Assembly (NCBI GenBank): GCA_030704615.1
Contig: CM060734.1
Location: 32,240,001-32,304,000 of the forward strand
From: Takakia lepidozioides
Lineage: Eukaryota > Plantae > Bryophyta
Direction: 5' to 3'
DNA length: 64,000 bases
Made by a program: the position numbers and the translations under genes. The stretch's first letter is position 1, and each line of letters opens with the position of its first letter. The notes beneath the pieces were generated by a model. It was not told the DNA's origin, made no database searches, and saw only the letters and a list, made by a program, of their open reading frames with translations. Below, one piece after another: positions 12,231 through 23,289 of this stretch.

Positions 12231-13305
12231 ATGTACAGTGCAGGTGGCGAACGGATGCGTAGGCGTAGAATAGATGACCGTCTATGGCGAATGGAAGAAA
12301 CTTATGCCACAAGGAATGGGCATACAAAAATGCTATGCAACTGCGATGAGTGTCATGGAGGAAAAGTACTCTTGTTGGAAATAGTGAGGAATCATTACAT
12401 GATACACGGGAGGGATCCTCTTCTCCAACGCTGTTCTCTTCCGGTAAGATCGCCACTTTCCCTTCAGCACTTTAGTTTGAATTTTGAATGCAACGATCCT
12501 CTTCTCCACATGTCGACATTTCGTTGGGTGATTGTAGTCAAGAAGTCATAAGATACAGACGTGAGTATGACTACGCCACTTCCGTTATCACTTTAATTAA
12601 TGCACATGCCGTGTTTTCATTGGTCATGTGTAGTCATGTAGTCATATATGACTAAGTAAGTGACTGCAACTATGACTTCAATGGTTACAAATGTCGTGTT
12701 TTGATTGGGTGTATATTCATAAGATACATACATAAATATGACTGCATCACTGCAACGTCACCGTGCCTCCTATGTCATAATATGAACAAGTGTCACATCG
12801 TTGTTGGTCCACTCACAAGATGACTATTGGGATGCAGGGATGTGAATATTCAGATGATGAAGACGAAGGCCCTGCGGCACAGCGGGAGCCCAATGTCACA
12901 AAGAACGCAGATGAGAATGGTGGATTGGAGGTAGAAATGCAGCGTGCATTGCAGGAAGCGTTTCTCTTTGCAGATGCAAACAGAGAGGACCCCATTCATG
13001 GTGGAACCGATCACACATTTGCCGATCATGACGATGATCTCGACGATTCCGGAGACAATGAATTTGATGAGAATGCTCACCTGCACGTTGATCCCGAGTA
13101 TGATAAACTCTTCCGAGCATCGCAATGTCCACTTTTTGAAGGGTGCTCCATCAGCCGGCTGCAAGCAACTTTGACGTTGCTGAATGCATGCACTACCCAC
13201 AAGTGCACCAATGCATTTGTGGATGAGCTTCTGGGATTGTTGCGTAAGATTTTTTTGCCTAAAGAGAATTCATTGCCGAAAACTCACTATGAAGCAAAAA
13301 CCATG
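12231..13305 (+). pseudogene. CACTA Tnp2 transposase, N-terminal portion (exons ~12231-12443 and 12838-13305)
   Basis: Transposase-associated motif MLCNCDEC...VRNHYMIHG; GT-AG intron 12444-12837; PLFEGCSISRL...VDELLGLLRKIFLPKENSLPKTHYEAKTM, which continues as MIAKMGLQY at 4446 (-). Confidence 0.92.
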
Positions 13306-13493
13306 TGTCGTACGCATACATATCGCTACACAACTACATCGCTGTCCAAAACCACACAACACATGTGCACACCACACACTAGTATACCACTAGTCCACCA
13401 CTAGTCCAACCACTAGTCCAACCACTAGGCTACAACTAGTCAGTCACTAGGCTGCCACTATGCTACCCACTATGGCAGTCACTAGTCCACACA
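13306..13493 (-). repeat. Terminal repeat segment A, outer copy (188 bp), 3' terminus of the retroelement
   Basis: Direct repeat of 13824-14011 (I count 5 mismatches); rich in CACTAG motifs; abuts CATG at 13302-13305. Confidence 0.95.
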
Positions 13494-13494
13494 A

Positions 13495-13821
13495 TGATAA
13501 AGAAGAAGAATACAAGCACAAGCTCATGCGAGCTCACAAAGCTGAAGCATAAACTCATGCATATATAACCTCATCACTCAAATACAAGTCAAGCCAAGTG
13601 CACCCCACGCCATGGGGAATCCACACTACGGCGCCATAGCTAGGCGCGGTGAGGCTCAACTCGAGAAAGATGAGCCTCCCGCGCTTGCCGTGAAGATAAC
13701 CACTCTAGGGCCTAAATCTGCCTTGACCCCTGGATTGACACTTGGGCCAATCCCAAATGTCAATATGTAAAAGCTAGCTATTTCCTAGCTAGTTTCACAC
13801 TAGTGGTAAAATAACTTGACA
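13495..13821 (-). repeat. Terminal repeat segment B, second copy
   Basis: Inverted copy of 4448-4774, lying between the two A copies. Confidence 0.95.
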
Positions 13822-13823
13822 GC

Positions 13824-14011
13824 TGTCGTGCGCATACATATCGCTACGCAACTACATCGCTGTCCAAAACCACACAACACATGTGCACACCACACACTAG
13901 TATACCACTAGTCCACCACTAGTCCAGCCACTAGTCCAACCACTAGGCTACAACTAGTCAGTCACTAGGCTGCCACTAGGCTGCCCACTATGGCAGTCAC
14001 TAGTCCACACA
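13824..14011 (-). repeat. Terminal repeat segment A, inner copy following the PPT
   Basis: Minus strand reads GGGGGGCG-AT-TGTGTGG...CGACA-GC-TGTCA. Confidence 0.95.
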
Positions 14012-14013
14012 AT

Positions 14014-14021
14014 CGCCCCCC
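14014..14021 (-). promoter_or_regulatory. Polypurine tract
   Basis: GGGGGGCG lies 2 nt upstream of the TG that opens segment A, downstream of the pol stop. Confidence 0.75.
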
Positions 14022-14271
14022 TAGCTGGTGCTTAGGTCCCTCTAAGTCCAGGTAGCCACAAGATGTGATAGTGACCATAGCCTCATTAAGTCCTCCACCA
14101 CTATCCCTACTACACTCAAACTCGATAGATCAAGAGGCCGGGTGCAAGAGTTGCCCCATCATTAGTCGCCGTCTTGCAACCTGTGAACTTGAGCTTGGGA
14201 TCTCATGTATTGACTCCTATGAGCTTGGCCTCCCATGTCTTGTTAGCTGCCTCCAGTCATGTCCACTGCCA

Positions 14272-17200
14272 CTATCCCAAGCAGTGTGGACACAACCAAT
14301 CTCCGTCAGGAACCTTCTCAAGAGGTGGTGTCAAGCATCCCATATGCCAACCCCTTGAGCATCGATCACACACCAGCATGGTGGCTGCCCCTTTGGCAGA
14401 CCCACAGAGCATGCACCTCAAACCTGCAGGTACCACTGCCAAGTTTGGGTCAACTCTGCCATCGACATTGGGAAGGTGACATGGCGCACATGGTCCTTCC
14501 AAGTCATGCTATCCCGACCCTCCAAGATCAAGACCCTTGAGGGCAACACCTCTCGAACCCTCAGAATAACACGCCCTGCAGTAACATCCAGAGTCGTAGG
14601 AGCAGTCTGCTGCAAATAAACATAGTCACCAGGGCTAAACCTCCGAACCCCAGGACGATATCCTCCACCACGTATAGTGGCATACCTCAACGTATCACGG
14701 TGTTGTGCAATGGCAAGGTTCTCAAAAGCCATGGGCATGACTTTCTTGAACAACTCTGCACGCTGATTACATGCACGTACCCACACGTCCGGATCGTCAA
14801 GGTTAAGGACTTGAGCAGTGTCCCTATGAATGGCTGCAGGCAAATCCGGCTCTCGGCCAAAGAGAAGGAAATATGGTGAGAAGGAGGCAAGTGATGCTTG
14901 TTTGCTGAACCTGTAGCCCATGGCTAACCAAGGAACCTGAATATCCCAATCTCCTAGGTGTCCCTTCTGCAAGCCATACTTGCGCAAACCCCTCTTCACC
15001 GTCTGAACAACTCTCTCTGCTAAGCCATCGGCCTCAGGATGATCCCGAGAAGTGGTGCGGTGGTCTATCAAGGCTTTATCACACAAAGCCTAAAACTCCC
15101 CCAAAAACTCTCTCCCTTGGTCCGTGAGTACCTCAGCTGGAGCACCAAATCGGCTAAGCACACGATCCAAGAATGCATACGCAGCCCCCTCACTAGCCTT
15201 GTCAGGCAATGGAACCAACTCAATCCACTTGGAAAAGTGCTCCACCATCACCAACACATATCTGTGGTGGCGCATAGTCAGTGGCAACGGTCCTGCGAAG
15301 TCAAGACTCCACCTGTAGCCCAATCCCATGATTGGCAAAGGATGCAACTGTGGTGTAGGGGCGTTGAATGAAGCACGCACCCTGTCACACACCATGCACC
15401 TAGCCACAAACTGTTGCACCTTTGTATGCATACCACGCCACCAATACTGCCCCTGCAGTAAACTGTGAGTGCGTCGCACGCCCCAACTCCTCATGGGCAT
15501 GCCGCACTAACCGTGCACGCTGTGTGGGGTGAGGCACAATCCTCACCCGACCATCATCCCACACTCGAAGTAGGTGTATCCCCTCCCACTTGAACCTCTT
15601 GGCTCGTTGCAGGATCCGATCCCTCTCCCTGGCAGTCACAATGGCTGCCGTGTCTCCCGTGCGGAGGTAGTCCAACACAGCCGAATCCTCATGTATATCT
15701 CTGGCACCACCTAGCTCATCACTAGCCTCAGGGTCCTCAGACACTCCATCTACAGTCATCCCTGTTGTAGGTCCAATCTGACCTCCCGATGCCAAGATAC
15801 ACAAAAATGCAGATGCGTGCCATCCCGGCACCATCTCCTCGTCCGTCTCACAATGCCACCGAGCTCCAGTGTCATCCTGCTGGCTCATGCATGGATTGCG
15901 ACTCAATCCATCCGCATCCCGATTGACCAAACCCGGTCGATGCACAACCTGAAAGTCATACTCCTGGAGTATAAGTGCCCACCGTGCAAGCTTCCCCGTA
16001 AGCTTGTCTGACTCCATCAACCACTTGAGTGGCTGGTGATCCGTGACAAGGGTGAAAAGATTGCCGTATAGATAGCACCTGAAGTGTGCCACGGCCCACA
16101 CTGCAGCTAAGCACTCTCCCTCATATGAGCTGTACTTAGCCTCTGCAACGTTGTTCGAGCGGCTAGCGTAAGCCACTACGAACTCTCTTCCCTCATCATC
16201 CACCTGTGTGAGCACCGCTCCAAGCCCCAGCATGCTCCAATCCGTATGCAGCTGAAAGGGACGCCCCCTGATAGGTCGTCTCAAGATAGGCGCCGAGGTC
16301 AACCTCGCCTTGAGCTCTTGAAAAGCTCGTTCCTGCTCATCTTCCCACTGCCACTCCTGGTCCACCTTGGTCAGCTTGGTTAGAGCCTTTGCAATGGTAC
16401 TAAATCCCTTGACAAACCGTCTATAATAGTTTGCCAACCCCATGAAAGCTCGAACTCGGCTCACATCCGTGGGGCGTGGAATTTGTGCAATGGCCTCTAC
16501 CTTAGTCTGCTGTACCCCCAATCCTCCAGGATATATCATGTGACCCAGATACTCAATCTGGTTGTGGAAAAACTTGCACTTCCCCGGATGCAACTTCAAT
16601 CCGTGCGCTCTCAAGCGCTCCAATACCACCTGAAGGTGTCTCTCATGCTCCTCCATCGTAACACTAAAGATGATGATGTCATCTATGTAGCACCGAGCAA
16701 AGTCCACCCCTGCTAGAATCCTATCCATGACTCTCTGAAACTCTGCAGGAGCATTCTTAAGCCCAAATGGTAAGAACCGCCACTGATATAGGCAATCCTT
16801 GCCGTGCTCATTGATCCCCCAGAATGCCGTCTTTTGCTTGTCCGCCTCCTTGATTGGCAACTGGTGATATCCGGATCATAAATCCAAAGTGCTAAAGGCC
16901 TTAGCATGCCCGATGGCATCAAAGATCTCCTCTGGTGTTGGCATGGCATACTTATCGGACTTGGTCTGACGATTTACAGGCCGGTAATCACCGCACATAC
17001 GTCTCTCCGTCCAATTGCCATAGACATCCTTCTTGGCTGGCATCACTGTGGCTGAAGCATACTCTCCACCAGAGAGCTCCACCAAACCTGCCTCCCAGAG
17101 ATCTTGAGTCTCATCTGAATCAAAGACCTCTCCATGTCACTGTATCTATAGGGTCTCCAAAAGATTGGCGTGTCAGTGGCCAATTCAATACGGATCTCTT

Positions 17201-17386
17201 GACCCTTCAGTGCTCCCAAGTCCTTCAAACTGAAGGCAAAGCAATTCCTGTAAGCCCTCAGGAATCGCCGTATACGTCGTCTCTCTCCTCCGTTCTTGTG
17301 GGCGCCATCTCCATTGCGAGCAGCAGGGATCGTGGATCCAGTGCGCTTGTGCTTGCCCTGAAAAGGTGGCCCTAACTCTCCCGACG
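14272..17386 (-). pseudogene. Ty3/gypsy pol: RT, RNase H, integrase and C-terminal PHD finger; several stops and frameshifts
   Basis: RMCGDYRPVN, TLDL*SGYHQ, LPFGLKNAPAEFQ, YIDD, LHTDWSMLGLGAVL, TDHQPL, SLDFAGP, TDQGREF, GLAERVV, then CMLC...CDRCSRGWHMGCLTPPLEKVPDGDWLCPHC. Confidence 0.96.
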
Positions 17387-17388
17387 TT

Positions 17389-20300
17389 GTGGATTCTGTG
17401 CCACCAGTACCCCCACCTTATTATGGTATGCCTCAGTACCCACAGTCTGGCACTCAGTATGGTCAGGGTCAATATGGTGCTCCTCCATATGGGCAGTATG
17501 GCCAGTATCCTCCTCCACCATATTTGCCACCCCCTAATAGCTATGGGGGTGGCAGGCCACCGGAATATCCTCTTGCTTATGGACAGTATGGCCAGTATGG
17601 TCCTCGGCCTTCTGGCCAACAACCATGGCCACCAGTCCCTACTTGGCAGGATCCTGCTTTGAATTCTCCTGAGCGCACGGAGGTCTCTGAAGGAGGGGAG
17701 GGTGCCGTTTCAAAGAATGATAGAACCAATGCTTTAAGGAGGGCTAATAGCTCAGCCAAAATTGAAGCTGCCAAGGTCAAGGAAGAGAGAATAGCTGCAG
17801 GTCTTCCTCCCACGGTGATTTTGACGAACCTCAAAGGAGCCCCGTATGGTCAGACCCGGAATGTATGGCACGCTGCCCTTAAAGGACAGGCTTATCGCAA
17901 GCTAGATTGTTCCCTTGCCATCAACAACCAACCTGATGAAGTTGTATACGAAATCAGAGATCACCTGACTAAGCTATTTTCATATACGCCGCACGAGTTA
18001 AAAGACTTCCACCTAAAACAAACAATTGGCAGAATAATGAAGAGCCAGCGTTATGAAGCACACACTGCGTGGTTGGGTGGTAAGGGGAAACCCATTACTG
18101 TATCTGACGAGGTATGGAACAAGCTTGTAAGTTACTGGCAGATAGAGGTGTTCCACAAAGTGTCGGGCAACATGAAGAAGACAAATGGTGCAATTCTGAA
18201 TCCTACCAAGACTGGCCGTGGTGGGAAGACAATGGTGGAAGCACGCTTGGTAAGTGGCATCATCACGACTCTGTATTTTGTTCCTCATTGAATTGCTATG
18301 TGTATATAGTCAGCCCTCACATTGCTTACTGACTTGTGGCATGGGTTTGTTTGTGGCATGGATTAATTTGTAGGAAACACTATCAGGGTGCCCTCCTACA
18401 TTATATGAAATTCAAGAGGGTTCAGTGTCACGGTTGTCAGCTGGGAGTGACAGGCGGGTAAGTGTGTTTTCCACGTTTGCTAGAGTGGTTGCTGCATCAT
18501 AGGTTGCTAGGTTTTTTTCACGGCTTTTGGCCTGGGTTTTCTTTCCAATGGTTGTTCATGCTAGGTTTTTTTGGTTTGATTCATACTTGGGCAAGTTTTC
18601 ATGGATTGGCAGGAGGGAAGTCTTGCATATTCTACAGTAGTTGGTAGGATGGATGGCTTGGACAAACTGGTGGAATCACAAGGACGTGACATGGTTAAAA
18701 TTACAGATGCAGAGTATGATTGAGTACCAGAAAGCCATTGTGACCAGATTGGGGATTAATCTACCAGGCGCAGGACCAGTGACATCTACGATGGATACGT
18801 CTGCTGTGACAGTATCAAAATGTTTGGAATCCCAATTTCAGACGGTAATTGGTGCTCACTCTAAGCCCTTATGTCTTCCTGTCACTGATGATCTTTTGAA
18901 TTTGACCGAGCAGCAGCAGGATACAGGGAAGGCCAGCTGTGAGGTACACGTGGAAATTCAGCCCTTGCCACGTACAAAGGCAGTAGCAGTCCAGGGGGCA
19001 ATGGTGACAGAGCCGCCGGGCACACCGGATTCTGGTATGCAGGTATGTGGGAGTTTAGATGGGTAGGAAGATGCAGACAGGGACAAAACAAACAAGCAGG
19101 TTGCTTTAATTTCTCCTGCTCACATGTTGAAGCCAAATGTCAGTTTACTTCCTGGACCAACGAGGAAACATTTACTAATTCTGGACTTAAATGGTCTGTT
19201 ATGTGAATCTTTTCATTCTGCTAATGGGCTTGCATCCCTTCCCAAGGTTTTGTGGGGAAGATGTGTGGCAAGAAGATGGTAGTTTTGAGACCACGCTGTT
19301 ATGACTTTTTGCAAAAGTGTTTTGAACACTTTGAGGTGGCGGTGTGGCGCCCTTCACTGTGACGAGGATCCAGTCCTCCCATGCCGTAAGGGGTCTGATT
19401 CAAAGCCATTATATTTCAAGAACTTGTCTACAGTGTGGGCAGACTGGCCAGAATGGACTTATGAGGACACTGTTCTTGTTGACGACACACCAAGAAAGGC
19501 GGCAAACAATCCTCCCTACAGTGGGATTTTTCCAGAGCCATGGAAGGTGCAACCAGATTCACCAACTGATGAGTATCTAATAGAGGTGTTGTGGCCTTTC
19601 TTGTGGAAGGCATCGAAAGCTGCCAGTATTCCCAAGTTTTTGGAGTCTCAGCCTGTTTTCGGACAACAACCATACAACACTGCTACTGTGAAGGTACAAA
19701 CATTCTGACAGTGCTCCAGAGGCTACATTTTTGTAGGTTCATTCATTGCATTGCTTTCCTGGATGCTTCTCCTCGGTTGCTTGATTAATGCTAGGTTTTC
19801 TTTGCAGCTTTTCATGTTGGCTTTTTTTGTTTGATTCATACTTGGATTTTGTTTCTATTCACTATTCTTGTTTGCTCATTGCTTTCCTGGTTGATCTCTG
19901 GTTTGTGACACAGGAACTTGTGACAAACAAAGGTGATATTGTCGACAAGCCGGTACAGACGAGGGGCAAGAGTGTCGACCCGGCGAGTAGCCCCCCAAAA
20001 GAGGTCTCGCCACCACTGGAGACTGCAAATGGAGTAAGTCTAGGCCGTTGTCTTGTCTGTTATATTTTTTCCAACCTTGGGGCTCTCTTTAACTCGCAAA
20101 TGTTGAGTGTCCTAGTCGTGTGTATGTCATGGGTTTTCACATCGTGTTCTTTTTTGTGTGGAGTTGGGATCACAGTTCAGGGTGGGTGACGAGGTTCGGC
20201 TGTTGGATGTGAACTCCAAACGCAAGAAATGTGGAGTAGGGCTGATTGTTGCTCTTCAAGGTGCTCTGGTGGGTTACGGGTACCCTGCTGTGCCCCTTGA

Positions 20301-20457
20301 TTATGCCTGTGTGTACATCAAAGAGGCATGTGTCAGTAACACCCCTCTACCATATGTGAATGGTGTTAGGAAACAGACCGAGTTGGGGCAGGTGGTTGGC
20401 CAGACAACACTTTGGAGTCTAAAGTTACTGAAACTTATGGAGCTGCGGAAGGGATAG
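17389..20457 (+). pseudogene. CACTA TnpA-like multi-exon gene (Transposase_24/Ptta-like, FCP1-like domain, Tnp1/En/Spm C-terminal-like domain)
   Basis: P/Y/G/Q-rich region; KPITVSDEVWNKLVSYW...TGRGG; GT-AG introns; terminal exon VGDEVRLLD...PLPYVNG...LGQVVGQTTLW just before the subterminal repeats. Confidence 0.75.
19163..19708 (+). pseudogene. FCP1/SCP (NIF) HAD-family phosphatase-like domain
   Basis: HLLILDLNGLL (D at 19184), VLRPRCYDFLQKCFEHFEVAVW, KPLYFKNLSTVW, TVLVDDTPRKAANNPPYSGIFP; two frame breaks. Confidence 0.85.
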
Positions 20458-20999
20458 TCAGTATTGCACTGTTTAACAGACTTCTTGATTCTAATAGCAC
20501 TAGAACATACTAGCTACAACAATTCAGCCCATGTGTGGGCTTGCTTGTTTTTGGCTGGGCCTTTTGAAGCATGGATTTTTTGACCTTGTGGCTTTTGAGG
20601 TGTCCATTGGGATATTGGTCTCATGTGGATTTTTGTAATGTGATTTATAGGGCTTGTATTGCCCTTTAGTTGACTATTTTCATTCTCCTTGTGGTTGATA
20701 GTATGCAAGAGGGATCCATTTTGTTTTCATGTTGGAATTTCACCATGTAATGAAGATTTTAAATCATTTAATTCACTTTCATTTTAAATAATAATATTAA
20801 AAATAATACCATAAAATCCAATGCTGCAATCTTCCTGTTCTTTTAAATATTAAATGAAAACTAAAAATTAAAATATAAACATTAAAAATATAAACTATTT
20901 TGGAAAACAATCTTGATGACACGTGGCATCACTCTTGCTCAAACCAGAACACGTGGCAGTATATGACACGACATTCTTTATCCATATTTTCACCACGTG

Positions 21000-21628
21000 T
21001 AAAGATCCGTAGTCATATATGCTAGTCATATATTTTGTCTGTGTGCCACATGTCACATCTCAAGTGCAACAGGTGTCCTGCTAATATCTCTCCATGTAGA
21101 CATCCCTGTAGTCATATGAGCGAGTCATGTAGTCACCACGTGTGAAATCTGCCATAACACACGTGTCTCGCTAGCGCCTCTCCATGTAGGCATCACTGTG
21201 CAGACATGTAGTCATATGATCATGGCAAGAAGTCGTGACATGTCAAATTCGCAGTGGCGCACGTGTCCATCCATCGCCTCTCCATGTAGGCATCACTTTG
21301 CAGACATATAGTCATATGATCCCCTGATGAATGCATGACGTGTCGCTTGCGCAGTGGCGCACATGTCCCGCTGAAGCCTCTCCATATAGGCAGCGCTCAA
21401 CAGACAATGTAGTCATATATTAGTCATATAGTTGTGACTGCAACCCTCTCTGCAGCAGGACTCCAGGTGCCACGCAAGTAGTCATGGATATGACTTGCAA
21501 AACGCAGTCCTAAAGACTAGTCGCTATGACAGGGCTTTTTTCACTACAGAGTGATGTAGCCATGAACGCATATAAGACTGAAAAAATAGTCATATGTGAA
21601 GTCATAAAAACGCTCATCTGTTGTAGTG
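21000..21628. repeat. CACTA subterminal repeats and right TIR
   Basis: About ten TAGTCAT(AT)-type motifs, ~110-120-bp units containing CTCTCCATGTAGGCATC, and a terminal TGTAGTG followed by GAC (candidate 3-bp TSD). Confidence 0.88.
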
Positions 21629-22549
21629 GACCTTCCCAACTTGATTTGAAAACATTGGGACTGTCAAACCCAATTTTTTTTATATATAGACGGTGGCAAA
21701 GTGTCAAAAATGCAATGTGTGGACTCCCCTCCAGATCAATACAAACTTGGAGATATACCCAAATCTTGTCCAAAACATCTAAACAATTAGGAGAAGCTAC
21801 CACATCATGAGAATATTCTTACGGAACTTGGATTCAATTGGATTAGCCATTGAGGAATTTCGCTAAAAATAATGATTTTGCTTTCCTATTTTGCAAAGGT
21901 TGTAGAATTTTTTCATGCTCACAGAATGTTATATTCCAATTCTTACGATATCGGTAAGCGATATAATTCGGAGCATTATTGAATGGTCAAATTGTGTAGA
22001 TCTTAACCTAGTCTTAGTAACGAATAAAAAGATGACCAGGGGTGCATATTTTGTAGTCAAGTGTGGAAAGAGTTAAATGCCTTTAGGGGTTAATGCCCAT
22101 GCCACTATCACATCCACAATCTCATCCTTGTTCAGTTTGTATGACTTGTGAAAACCACTCCCCACTCTTTACCCTTGTCTTTCATAGCGTTTTTGTTCTA
22201 TGCTGCAATGAAATTGGGCACATGGTACCGCCCTGGAATTATTTGTAGCCAGGTGATAAATGCCTCTGTTCCCTGTCCCCACGCAGCCCCCTTGGAGCGG
22301 GGCCCACGCTCCCTGCATGTAAGGCTGCCTTCATTCAAGGCCCCCCTGCCTTGAACCCCTGCCTCGCTTCCCGTGCGCCCCTCCCCGCTCCTCCCCATGG
22401 CCCCGCCCACCCTCCCCATCGGCCCAGCCTTGCTCGCCCCGCCCATGCACTTGTCCTCGTGGCCACCTGACCTGCTCGTCCTGGATTAGGAGGTGTGTTT
22501 ATATCTTTACTTAGTTTTTGATTTGGCCTCTTCATCTATCTCTAATGCA

Positions 22550-22814
22550 ATGGCTCAGTGGGGATTAGAGGTACCAGATCCAAGCAAGAAGGTGTTTAGA
22601 ACTGAGGATTTACATTGGTCTCCTAACATACCATGGGAGCAAGGCAAATCAGTACCTTGCATGGTTGCTTACATTCCAATGGATCGAGTTGATGATTGAA
22701 AGGAATGAGAGATTCAAACCCTAATGCACCGACCATTGTCCGTGCAACAAGGACAAGAAAGAAGAAGTCTACACCCCTTCACGTCACAATTGAGAACTAC
22801 ATTTCTCATACATG
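22550..22814 (+). pseudogene. N-terminal exon fragment resembling plant SWIM-zinc-finger/MULE-related proteins
   Basis: LEVPDP...F...DLHWS...AYIPMDRVDD...ENYISHTW ending at a GT donor. Resemblance to the At4g13970-type N-terminus is from memory only. Confidence 0.4.
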
Positions 22815-23289
22815 GTGAGTTTCAAGTTCTTTTATATATATTTTATAACTGTAGTCTATATCGATGAGTGATAAACATGTGCATGCAATGTAGTTTGTTT
22901 GTTACTTGAATTTTGTCAGTTTTAGTACGTATCTGAAGGTAATTTAATACAAAAGTGCATTTAGGGTTTAAGACTTCAAACATGTATTGGCTTCAGTTTT
23001 GCATTTCCCTGCGGGTAATGCATACTTGTCTTACTTCTCCTTTCGTAGATTGGATTATAAATTGTTATTTCATATTTTATAAACCTCCAGGAAAAGTGAT
23101 ACTATCATTATTCAGGTTAGAATGATAGAAAATATCATTTTTGAATATTATAGTTAATACATAATATATGGATAAGGACCCACGAGAAGGTTGTACATAT
23201 AGTAAATATTTAGGTATGAAATACAAAATTATATGCAATATGATGTTGTAGGCCCGGCGGTTTGGACTGGATATGCTAAATACAATCAC

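Larger units (their letters stand above)
4448..17390. mobile_element. Ty3/gypsy LTR retrotransposon with split terminal repeats: 5' part 4448-~10806 (+), 3' part 13306-~17390 (-) after inversion
   Basis: Gag (+), RT-RH-INT (-), repeat B at both ends, and a CATG duplication at 4444-4447 and 13302-13305 that rejoins the Tnp2 frame (EAKT-M-IAKMG). Confidence 0.92.
1..21628. mobile_element. Large CACTA (En/Spm) DNA transposon; right end in window, left end not seen; carries a nested Ty3 element and an internal inversion
   Basis: Tnp2 transposase halves (1677-4447 -, 12231-13305 +), TnpA-like gene (17389-20457 +), subterminal GTAGTCATAT arrays at ~21000-21610 and terminus CTGTTGTAGTG (reverse complement CACTACAACAG) ending at 21628. 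Inclusion of 1-1600 is assumed. Confidence 0.85.

Noticed and set aside
4448-13821. Inverted B repeats as TIRs or DIRS-type inverted repeats
   Set aside because: The inversion explains the orientation; the element encodes a DDE integrase and no tyrosine recombinase was seen.
13306-14011. A-B-A as an independent TRIM or solo-LTR insertion
   Set aside because: A' directly follows this element's PPT, B matches its 5' end, and the only TSD (CATG) pairs outer A with the distant B.
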